Below, in pieces: positions 14,533-26,458 of a stretch of DNA of 64,000 bases. The position numbers were made by a program, and so were the translations under genes. Location of the stretch: contig CM082583.2 in the NCBI GenBank assembly GCA_040954595.2, positions 9,410,254 through 9,474,253 of the forward strand, given 5' to 3'. The notes below the pieces were generated by a model, which made no database searches, was not told the origin of the DNA, and saw nothing but the letters and a program-made list of their open reading frames with translations. Position 1 is the stretch's first letter, and every line of letters begins with the position of its first letter. The DNA comes from Balanoglossus misakiensis. Its lineage: Eukaryota; Animalia; Hemichordata.

Positions 14533-16391
14533 ATGCCTAGTTCACTTTTTCCTGAAATGGAGCGGAATGGGCCAGGGCTAGAAGAACAGCAAGCCTTACA
14601 ACTTGCACTCGATCTGAACTCAGTTTTGGGTCTCCACGACGGCAACGAAGACGATAGGTCTGCTTTCAATGACGACAGGTTGAAGAAAAGCGTGAACATG
14701 ACTGAATGTGTGCCAGTTCCAAGTTCAGAGCATGTCGCCGAAATTGTAGGAAGGCAAGGTCAGTGTAGTTTCATTGAAGTTTGACTAATTTTCGACTGAG
14801 TTTGAGTGTTCTTGGTCGGCCATGTTCGCGCGAACAAGCTCGCTGTGCTGTGTCGTCATGTACCACAATGGCTGCCTCGTAAATGCATGTAATATGCCGC
14901 GTTCGTCTATGTTTGCGTCTGAGTCATTCGTCTCTTGTTTTGCGTTCGCGTTATAAGAGATCGCGGCGGAATTTCCCGACAACCAGTACCTAACCATTCA
15001 TTTAAATTTCGCTTTCTCTCGTTCTTACCACAGGCTGCAAAATTAAAGCGTTGCGGGCAAAAACTAACACTTACATCAAGACCCCTGTGCGTGGAGAAGA
15101 GCCAGTGTTTGTGGTGACAGGCCGGAAAGAAGATGTTGCAATGGCCCGGCGAGAAATTCTCTCCGCCGCGGAACACTTTAGTCAAATTCGTGCTAGTCGC
15201 AAAAACAACGCCAGTTCGCTCGCGCCTGGTCCACCAGGTCCAAATACACCCGGTATGAAAACCATACAGGTTCGCGTACCGTACCGCGTAGTTGGTCTCG
15301 TCGTGGGCCCAAAGGGAGCTACCATCAAGCGGATTCAACAGCAAACGCACACGTACATCGTCACCCCGAGCAGAGAGAAGGAGCCCGTTTTCGAAGTGAC
15401 TGGTTTGCCGGAAAACGTAGAGAGAGCCCGGGAAGAAATTGAAAGCCACATAGCTATGCGCACTGGCGGCCTGATCGACTCCACTGCCGACGACAACGAT
15501 TTCGCCACCAATGGCACGGACATTGTGGCTTCTATGAACGGAGGCGGCAACAGCGACTTGGGTAGCTCTTTATACAACAACCACACAGGTAATTCTGCCC
15601 GCAACTCGTATGGAAATAGCAATAACTTCTTGCAAAATCAGCATGTTTCTACAAATGGCGTTCACACTGCAAGTGATATCTTCAGTTTTGCCAATTCTAA
15701 TGGTACTACCAAAATCGGAGAGTTCACCCCCAAGATAAGCGAGTTCAACCCTAATGCCGACCCATTTGTTACCAATACTGCAACCACTACCAGCACGGCC
15801 AGCACCACCTCCAATGGATATTCACTGTTCAACGCGTCGCAAGTCTCCCCGGACTTGGGCATTGATGTGAGCACCTATGATTCTCCGTTGTCTGCAAATA
15901 TGTGGGGAGGGGGAGGAGGAGGTCTTGGTCGCAATACTATGTATAATGTGCCGGCTACCACTGCCACATCCACCATACCACGTCGTAGCAGCAGCATCTC
16001 GTCCGCCTCTACACTTGAGGGGCCATCAGTGGGCAATCCAGGAGAGCATCCACCAGCTCGCCGTATCCATAGTGACCCCCTCAGTGGAGGGTTGTCTACC
16101 ATAACATCGTCATTTTCACCAATCATCAATAGTTTCCCAACAACTACCTCTTCTGGGTCAAGCAGCACTTCTGCCTCAACTAGCCCTACTAACTCCACTG
16201 GTTCTATGCAGCGTCCGAAGAAGGAGAAAGAGTGTTTTATGTGCTATGACCGTGAAATCATAGCTGCTCTCGTTCCCTGTGGTCACAACCTCTTCTGTAT
16301 GGAGTGTGCCAATCGATTGATGGAGAAGTCTGATCCCGAGTGCCCCGTCTGCCACCAGACTATCACTCAGGCAATTCGTATATTTTCTTAG
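14533..16391 (+). CDS. MEX3: RNA-binding E3 ubiquitin ligase MEX-3 (2 KH domains plus C-terminal RING), 527 aa, 2 exons
   Basis: Exon 1 14533-14758 (MPSSLF...[26 protein letters not shown]), GT-AG intron 14759-15033, exon 2 15034-16391 ([34 protein letters not shown]...[35 protein letters not shown]...[29 protein letters not shown]...CPVC...AIRIFS*). The KH1, KH2 and C3HC4 RING sequences are diagnostic for MEX3, and the splice keeps the frame. Confidence 0.97.
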
Positions 16392-17900
16392 TAAAAAAAC
16401 TTAGCATTTGCATATAAAAACTATACATTCAAAACCCATAAAAATATTCAAATTTAAGAGGAATATGAGAATTTTGACTTAAAAATGAATGGATATGCCT
16501 ATAACTTACACAAGAATATTATAACTTTAACTACAAAATATTTTATTCTTTGAACATAAATCTATTTCATACTAAGATGTTTACATGAATAAGAGTCTAA
16601 TTTAATTTGGATTTTCCACGTCGCTGGGTTCAGAGCTTTATTTAGACAGGCTTGCAATCTGCATCAGATCGTTAGTTGCATTTATGAATTATCACAAATT
16701 ATGACAATTTTTTTTCATTTTGGGATATGGATATAAAGTATTGAAATATAATTGAGATTTGGTTTTTAAAAAAGTATATTTTACCCAGCAAATATTTTAT
16801 AGTCCAAAATATAGACTTATTTTATTCTATATTGTTGAATTAAAAATGATGTTGCCCAAAGTGGGAATTTAATTAAAATAATCGAAAAAAAAAAGAATTT
16901 TTGAAATAAATGATGCATTTTCTTGTTCTAACATATTATTTGTATAAATAGCGAGTGACTATATGGTAATTCCGTTGCACTATAGTTAGAATTTACTTAT
17001 TTTTTAATATATTATTTACAAACAGTTTATGTATATGTAGGTGTGAGATATGACCAAAAAATATACTGTTGAACAAAGTTTAATACAAATGCAAATATTT
17101 TTTATTTTTTTGGCCTGGTTACCAAATGGCCAGATATACTAATATTATTATATTTGCTGAGACTTGAGAATTATGGAATTGTTATTAAAGTTTTATTTTT
17201 CTGTCATTAAAGTAAAAAGTTCTACATTAAGTTTTTAAAAGTGTAGTGTTTAACATTTTTTCTAGGTGCCATGTTCTGTGAATGTCTTGTTTATATGTCT
17301 TTTGTTGTTTATTTTGTACCAAAAATACTATGGTATCATGCATGCCTTGCCGCAAGTTGTGCATTTTTTGAGCTGCCCCAGAAATTCTAATAGTTGCGTT
17401 GAAAAAAAAATGTCCAATGCAGGAGGCTGAACCGATCGCAGAGGTCACCTAAATTGCACAGCTTGTGTTCCATGGCATGACATATCACCATACTTTGCAT
17501 TACATTGCCATTGCATCTGCCTTTATTGAGTGAATTGTACAGGCTTGTGTAGCAGTATTGATGGACTTATTCTGAGTGACGGACTTTGAATACTAATTCC
17601 TTTTCAAATCAGCAGTTGACACGGTGTCGCTGCATACCAAGCCAATCAGTACCATGTAATAAACCAAATATTCAGTATTTACATTTTTTGATTTATTAAA
17701 AAGTTGTATGTTTATATAAAGAACTATACTTTTTTTCTCTCCACAATGTCAATATCAAGGGATATAAAACTTCACTAATTATACAGTTTTTTGTGAGTAT
17801 TCAAAGTATTACTAATATCTGCTGGCAGAACTTTTTCCATCCTTGTATCTGTGTAATGCACCTGCTTGATATTCTCATTATAACAAGCATTAAAGATTTA
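16392..17900 (+). other. Probable long AU-rich MEX3 3' UTR
   Basis: Very A/T-rich sequence after the stop. Candidate poly(A) signals AATAAA 17658-17663, ATTAAA 17695-17700 and 17889-17894. The exact end is unknown. Confidence 0.5.
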
Positions 17901-20900
17901 TTCCTGAACTAAGAAGGATGTTGAGCATTGAAATTTTCTTACGTAACTTTACTGGAGAGTTAACATGCTCACTCATCAGTGTTGAACTCTTTTGAATTTT
18001 ACTGTTTTACATTGGGTGTGTTTAAAAAGCCGTTCAGAAATGCTTTGGGAGTTTCAAAGGGCAATGTTATGTGTGAAAGCCAGATACAATCAGCTAGTTA
18101 CATCTGATCACATCCTGTTATCACTGAAGAAGTGCCACTGTGTCTAAATCAGCTGTGAATTTGTATGTATATTGGGCAGGGACTGCTGAAATTATGGAGA
18201 AAATTTATGCTGGCTGCACTATATATTTGCACACCACACCAAATGGTTCATGTTTGGTTTCAGGAATTGATGCCATATCACAGGCCTTAATCATACAGTC
18301 AAGTAAAGGCTTTTGTGTTGGTTGGATAGGACTGGACATAATTATATCAATTTTAGTATCTCCCATTCAACTGCTACGCCATATTCAGGGTGTTGTTCAT
18401 GCTAAGTTGAACAATCTTACTAAACTTTACTGGTTCAGAAACGAATACCTTTTAGTTGAGGTTTTTGTTGGGTGACACGCGTGTAATTTATGTATCATAG
18501 TCCAATTCTTTCTGAATTATATTGCAATTTTTAAAGATTCATGTATGGTGATTTCACTTTGCTAATGAGTCAGTTTGTTCAAATGACATTGTAAATTTCT
18601 TTGCTGAATCCATTTCATTAATAATTGAATTCTAAGATAATAATTTCACATTTTTTCGATGCTTCACTGTACAATTTGCTGTTACATGCAATACATTACT
18701 TGTGAAATATTCTCCCTGTATGCAAACAAACAAATTTTTTAAAGAACCTTTCACAAGTTCTTAAATAGCAATGGCTGATAAACTACAATAGATATATATT
18801 TTTAAATCCCTTGCAAAACACAGTATGGTCTAGCTGTTAGCAGAAATGGACATGCAAATTAGTCTACTTAAATCATTGCATAACACCGTTCAATGTGTTG
18901 GTCAGAGGTATTCATGTGCAGATACGCTCAATCCTTTGGTGCAGGTGTGGTTTTGTTAGTAACAGCAGCCAGAATACCAGCTTATTTGATTTCTGAGTGT
19001 TAGGATTCAATTATCTCTTTATCAGCAGAGATGAGACAAATGCTGGAAACAGTACAGGCTGTGAATTGTGATGTCTTTTTATCCAGTGTTCCAACCATAA
19101 TAAAACCATTGTTGTATTGAAGGGTAATAGTATATTTAAAATCATTCAGCAAGTGTTCTGGTTTAGGGTAACTGTTTAAAATAAAATATGCTCAATATAA
19201 CCCAGTCTCTGTTTTGCAGTGTGACTTATGGAAGACATTTGTTAAAATGCCTGCTTTTTTAAAAAGCAAATTAGAACTAATTAAGTGGATGTGTCTTGAT
19301 TCAGCTAAGAGAATGGATGTCACAATGGGAAATGTTTTCTAGTTGAACATGTGGCAAGCTTTAAAAGCCATTTATGCTAAAACTAAGTCCCAGTTACAGG
19401 ATTTTTTGTTGAACAGAAATAACTGGGACTCATAGGCAGTGTTAGCAAATGAAATGTAGGCCAGTCAACACACACACAAAATAATCTGCGTGGGTGTTGT
19501 CTGTATTTACAGCCAATTACCAACACTAATAATAAATTTTCAATCGAGATTGCTTTTGACCCCAATGATGGTAGTGAAAGCAAAGTGGTGTGTTTCTTGT
19601 GAACCAAATCAATGTTGAGAGATTTTTGGTCACTTGCTTCACGAGTTTGAAGTGGGGAACAGCCGTAACACAACATGTAGAATCTTGTCCCTGGAATTAT
19701 TTATGGTCAAAAGTCGTATGGCCATGAACTGTGTAAAATAGGTTTTCAACGACTGTTAGGTGTAGTCTGGCACTGATATGAAATCTATGGATTACAGCAG
19801 CAGCAAACGCTGACTGAAATGAGCAGAACAGTGAATGATTTAGTCGGAGGAAAAGCTGCTGAATGCTGCTTGTTCCGTTTGTACTTCTATATCTCTGGCC
19901 CATCTATCATGTTGCACGTTGCCATGACGCTGCCGAGAAACCATGGTGATTTTTTCATGCCACTTCCTCTATCAGTTATCTGCTCTAATAGCATGTATGT
20001 TCAGTGTTTGATAATCAAGTATGGCCGCGCCGTTGTCTGAAATGGGCAGTCTCTCACCTTTATTGGAGGGGGGAAAGCGACCCCAAGGTCACGCGCTTAA
20101 GTGATTGTTTTGAAAGTGGCCCAGGTTTTATCATGTAAGTTTAACAGTGGCACGTACAAAAGGTGTGCTGAAATTCAGACGCCTCTTCACAGCAACAAAA
20201 CAAGCTTTGTTAAATATTCCTTACCTGTGAAGCTTTGTCGCAATTGTCAACGTCCAAACCTAACGTCCTCATTGCAATAAACTATTATATCTCATGTCCC
20301 TTGTATCTGTAACCTAATTTTATTTCCTTGCGCATATCTCCATTTACCGTCTTTTTGATCAATTTTCATGTACATGTTAATGGGGACATGTAATTCTTTT
20401 TTTCTCAACATTCACAGAACAAAGTCTGTAAAATGGGGCTGGGGTAGAATATTGGGGAGGGGGGGGGGCAAATGCTGGTATCTGCGTGCCTGGTAGGTGG
20501 ATCAAACTGGACGTGAGAGTTGAATAATGACAAGAGGCTTAAGTTTATCTGGGATTTACCAATCTTTTGTGCATTTTGTTTTATTTGGCACGGTAGTATT
20601 TTCATGGTATCTGACCTGAAAAAAAATCTTGTCATTGGTTGAGTAGGAAAATATACCTTCACTTTGTGAGAAGTTAAGAAAATAATTCCCCTCCGTGACA
20701 GTCGACAGATGTCAAGGACATTGACAGTTTCTTAATATGGTATTTGAATGTCGTGTAGAGTGTTGTGTAGTGGAATTTCAATGAGCATTTATACGTGGAA
20801 GAGATCAGCTTTGAAACCCGCTAGAGACGTTCCCTCAGCTGCTTTTCCTACAACAATTACCGCCGGAGCGAACAAGGGCCGTGTAGTGAAGTCTGCTGTG

Positions 20901-23586
20901 GGCTGATTGAGTATTCCGACTGTGTACAGAGCGCGCTTGCATATAAGGGTACTAAATCAAGCCTGGGCAACTGGCCTTCAACTCCCAATTAGTTCAGAGT
21001 ACAGTAGGTATGACAACAGTGTTCAGTAGAGTGCAGCGCACTTGCTACCTGGTTTTTAATCAGTTTGGAATGAATTTGTGCTGGTAGATTTTGACAAAGG
21101 AAAACGTTGCCTGTATTGGGCACCTGGCTGTCGGCGTCAATGCAATTGCACATACGTACTCGGTGCAAATGTCATTCCGCGAGAGACTTTGAACATTCGT
21201 AGAGGCATATTTCTGTGTTTTATAGATATTGGTTTTTCGTCTCGTGCCGTGCTGACGAAAAATTACACGAGAAGTCTTTACTTGAAGAAAATGCAGGTAA
21301 TCTCGCTTGTGCATCTTATAAAACTAAGCAATTATACACTGGATTTCAAAATCTCCAGATGACATATTTTATGTGGATCTGCAAATGCCTGTGAAAGCAG
21401 ATGCTGCCTTGCAATGCAACTGCCAAAAGACCTGCCATGCATGCGTTGCCGTGATAGAAAGTGTCTTTTTGTTGGGACCAGAGTCCTCTTTGCTCAAGCA
21501 TGCATATCCCCACTGAGTTAGCCAGTCCATTATTTCACCCTTTGTCATGCAAAGCAGCAGCTTTTGTCATGTTAAGTGTGAAAAAATGTAGCCGTCGTGG
21601 GGGGCCCCTCTAATTACTTTGATTTTTCATAACGACCATGGGAATGCCTGTGCAAAATTGGCCATCATAAGCACTTTCAGCACCTGTCAATCAAAATGTC
21701 CTTTGGAAATTCTGTAGTGTATGATTTGTGATGCGTTAACTCAGCTGATGTTGTAAATTAGACATCTTGTAACTGCCCTACTTTGAAATTACTCTTCAAA
21801 ATGCACCAGCGCTGCTCTGCAGGAAGAGAGGGGGGGGGGGGGGGGTCTTTTGTTCTGATATATAATTAGTGGATAAATTCAAATCTTTTTTTTTTTCAAA
21901 CACAAAAGGCATTGTGTTGTTTTGTTGTGTAGGTTGTTAGCCCCTCACTAGATTTCCTGTGGGTTTGGTTTTTTTTTTTTCTGAGCAGTACACAGGAACC
22001 AAATGGGAGTACATGTCATTAAACTCTGAATGGTAAACAGCTCAGGAGAATGTAGTGTCCTCATAGCGTTATAGGTGAAGGTTATGGTATATTCCAGAGT
22101 GCCCGCATCGGTAGAACTCAAGGATACCGGGTGACCTTCTTTTATTATGCGCAAATCATATATCATAGTTAATCTTCATATTTGCATAATGTAATGAGAA
22201 AATCGCAATACTAGTGGGTAAACCGTTTTTCTCGCTATTATTGCAGATGTGGTATTCCCTAATTGCTGTTTTGGGGTACACGCACAGGCAAACCGTAAAT
22301 ACACTGTTCAGTTTGCGATTTCTCTTGAACTGCAGGCAATCGGATGCTTCACATCACAACCTTGAAACATTTTTTTTCCCATAAAAGCGTGGATAATATG
22401 AAACCCTGCTTTCTGTTCGGCAGGTTTCAAGGACTAGTAAACAAAAAAATATTATAACATCAACAAAGACTCGGTGTTCAGTATAACTGCCATTGTTTCC
22501 TATTGTGTGAATGAACTCAAATGCAGGAAATGGGGTGGCCAGGGAGTTTTAGGTTTAGAAAAATGCTCTTATAAATGGTAAATTCTGTAAATATTTCAAG
22601 TCAGGACATGGTAACTAACATATTTTGATATTTATGTTTTTTTACGATCAAACATAAAATAATCATTAGAAGTCGATAATTAAATTTATTCAGGGTCATA
22701 GCAAGTAAATAACTTTCAATCAAAAGTGAAATTATAACTATGGGATCACTCAAATGTGGATATTGAAAAATTCAAAAGAATTATTACATGCTTTGCATCT
22801 GTAGCTCAATTCGTACATTTTGATTCGATGTATACAACCATCACATGTGGCAAAGCTACACTATCATTACTGGTGATGCAGGATTTCTTTGACAAGAATA
22901 GCAGCCTTAGCTATAAACATATTGTCATTAAACACAACTCAGGCTATTTTTGTAACAACAATGCTGCGGAGTATAAATACATGTACATTGCTGAAATTGA
23001 CAATTATCAAATTTGCAGGAATGACATTCAGGCAAAGTATAAAGTATTCCTATATGGGTACAATCTGTGCACCACTTCATGCAGTCTTTGTATTGATTTC
23101 ACTGAAAGCTGAGGTCATACACAAATTTGGAAAAAGGATTACGAAGTGTTTTTAATCCAGATATATTGATGATTTCACAAGCGTGATTCCTAGAATATCT
23201 ATCTAGATGACTCGGACATAAAGAAATGACAGAAATTGAGAACTTAATTTCATCACACTGAGCTGTTTTATCATTAGATAAAATACATTGTCTACTAAGC
23301 TAAGCTGCATAAAACAGGGATGGAATTGGAAGACAGTGTACCACTGAAAGCTGTAAAAAGCCCAAACAATATGAACTTGGTTGTTGATAAACTATGACCA
23401 GTATTTCTTGGGAAGACTTAAACAGGTAGTGACTCATCTTGCTGTGACTGTGTGGTATATGGCAGACAGTTGGCTAACATCTAGTGTTTGAACAGAACTA
23501 TCATGACATGATAACGTGTGATCTTTCAGATATGAAGGGGCAAAGTCAATCCTTGTGAGGTAAAATAGTTCGGTTCGACAGAAACA

Positions 23587-23624
23587 GTTATGCTGTTCTG
23601 CCGGCTGAGGCAGAACAGCATAAC
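23587..23624. repeat. Perfect hairpin (16-bp arms, 6-nt loop)
   Basis: GTTATGCTGTTCTGCC-GGCTGA-GGCAGAACAGCATAAC. Confidence 0.8.
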
Positions 23625-25695
23625 AAATGGATGAAAATTACTAAAATTACCACGTCTGCCACTGCTTCCTGAGCCATGAGTCTTTCATTAGTTTGTTCTC
23701 TTCGTGGTCACATATTAAAACATAAAATGTGGCATGTTATGGATTTTATCAAATATTTACGACAGAAATATTTTATATCAGTGACAGCATGCCATGGATG
23801 AAACTAATCTCCTACACTCAGACAAATGATGGGAATATTATGATTTTATTTTTCTATTTTATGGGGTCAATTCAGGGTATCCTTTCCAATGCTATTATCC
23901 AATTTTATGCGCAAATCTAGATCTCTTTTCAACTCCTATTTGTGTACTGCAACAGGGCGCAGTCTGTCTCTGTACAATCTTTTCACAGGTAATTGTTTTC
24001 CTTGTATACGATTCCAGTGTGACCCATGCAGTTCCCTTAGTTTTATCGCGGTTGAAGCCTGCCATCTTGAATTCCAGCGATTTTTATCACTCACCTAGGT
24101 AGCCAACACCTATTTAATGTTGTGAGAATTAACAGCTTATCTAGTTGTTGATCGGTGTTTCCTGTTGAGCCAATATGATTTTCAATGAAAAATTCTGCAT
24201 AACACAATATATCTAACAACGCATGATTGCAATGCAATTATTCAAAGCAGGTATATCCATTTATTGATGCATTGACTTTAATAGAGTCATAAAATTCAAA
24301 TTCAATGCAAAATTTCAACAGTCCTCAAATTGAATAGAGAAATAATGTTTGTTACTTAAGGGACAGCTGGTGTTTCCTGTTTTCCGAATAGCTTCCCAGG
24401 TTTGCTTGAATGCTTTATGTTATATTAAAGCTTTATCCATCTGTACCTGCTGAAACTTCAAGACATATAGATTCTTTATACCCATTCCATTACATGCAGA
24501 GATATATTCAAAACAAACAGCCACATTTAAGAATTAACCCAGTCCAACCATAGCATTTTATCACTAAAATTATCTGATTGATTGTGAAAACAAATGCAAA
24601 AGACATTAGAATACTGATTGAAGATTATTTTTACTAATGCATTTTTAGGTCCCTTTGGTATACATATATTTCAAAAATCAAAATCAGATCAATTTAGCTT
24701 GCCTTACCAGGATTAGATCTATTTTTTATTTTTCCCAGTAACCCACTTTTATTATACTCCACTGTCATAATTTATCTAGGTAAATGTGCCAAACTCTTTT
24801 TACTTTAACCAATAGTATTATTTTTCTTAAACAAAATATCAATACTCCAGTTATGAAAATTTGACACAAGACTTATAATTAGACTTCATGGGGTACGACA
24901 AATACGTTTTCATGATAAACCATGGTCCAGAACATGTTCACTAAAACATGTTTGTAGACAAGATCCATTGGCAATGAGTTGTCCAGACTTTAATACTATA
25001 GCAGCTGCAGAATAACAAAGTGAAAATGCAAATGTATATACTTGTTCAGATCAGTGGGTATAATTATTGCATTTGTCATGTTGGTGAGTGTAGTTGAGTG
25101 TGTGTCAAATGTCGCATGCATTCATTTGCATACCTGCCTGCCAAACCCAAAATCGTTTCCTGGTTCTGACTTCCTCATGCATGCACAGACTGAAACAGGT
25201 TTATTAATTAACTACATTTAATTTATTCTGAAGCGTACACGAGATAATACAGCCATACTGTACAGTTATAAATCCTGGTTCAATGGTAATGAAGTCAGCT
25301 TTTATTATAATAGTTCATCAAGAATTATGCTGGCTCTTTGTTTACTTTTGGTCTTATTGAATTTGTTTCCTTGAGGGTGGGTCACAACAGTCATCCTGAA
25401 TTAGTTTGACCTTGTAAACATTCTGGGTCACGTACAGGACAGTCCATCTGGCTGAATCCCAAATCATGTTGGTATCGATCACCGACCAGTTTTGACCATA
25501 TGTCTCAGTCGGCTTGACTCCGAGAGCATGGACGTGTATGCATCCATCACCTGACGCGGGGATGGTTAAGATATGCAACTTTCCTCCTGGAGGGTAACTC
25601 GCTGGCATGCCAGTCAATGTGATATGCTCGCAACACTGGAAATAATTATGACATCATGTTACCCCAGTTTAGCATACCATAATCATACACAAAGA

Positions 25696-26458
25696 GGCTA
25701 GTTATACTTTGCGAAACAACGAAACGACGAAACCATTATTAAAATAGGGGCCAGTCATCAAGACGGTGGCGTATGATTTTTTTAAAAGTTTCCAAATTAA
25801 AACGTAAGCGAGCCAAGAAAACTACAGGTCAGATAAATTGTTTTCTCGGAAATTCAACATTAGAATCAAATTTGGCGTTGGAAACAAACGGCGGGTCGCC
25901 AGTTCCTGGTCTGCGGCCTGGTACTATGTAGTGGTAGAGTCGACGTCGTGTGCGCGCAAACGATTCATGCCAAACTGCTACATATACACAGTGAATATAC
26001 GCGCGCGCACAACGAAACCACAAAAGATCGAAACCTCAAAATGCGGCAGCAACTGTCACTATTTCCTTAAATACCACAAGGCGGGGAGGCATGAATTGCA
26101 ATTAAGATAATAAAGACATTTCGACAATGATACTGTGTTGTGTGAGTTACATGTGTTTCTATATATAACTACTACTCTTACCCCCCATCAGTGTTTGACC
26201 CTCGAAAGCTTACGGACACTACTGCTTTGTTTCAACTAATCCTTAGCCCTGTGAATATACTCGTACATTGACCTTTTGGGGCGGGATTCTTTTTTGGCGC
26301 GCAACCACTAGTACCAGGCCGCAGACCAGGAACTTATTTGGAAACTTTTAAAAAAATCATACGCCACCGTCTTGATGACTGGCCCCTATTTTAATAATGG
26401 TTTCGTCGTTTCGCTGTTTCGTTTCGCTGTTTCGTTGTTTCGCAAAGTATAACTAGCC
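25696..26458. mobile_element. Non-autonomous DNA transposon, 763 bp, long TIRs, 8-bp target-site duplication (Merlin- or MULE-like)
   Basis: TIRs starting GGCTAGTTATACTTTGCGAAACAACGAAACG: left 25696-25797, right 26336-26458 with extra (GTTTC)-type units. Exact 8-bp TSD CACAAAGA at 25688-25695 and 26459-26466. A second inverted pair lies at 25901-25926 and 26309-26334. GG...CC ends with an 8-bp TSD fit Merlin or MULE (inference). Confidence 0.9.

Noticed and set aside
14907-16198. Several antisense ORFs (180, 95, 70 and 107 aa) over MEX3 exon 2
   Set aside because: Shadows of the MEX3 coding frame with no recognisable domains.
15051-16391. ORF-track 446-aa start at TTG 15051 as a complete gene
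   Set aside because: It is exon 2 of MEX3; the real start is ATG 14533, joined through intron 14759-15033.
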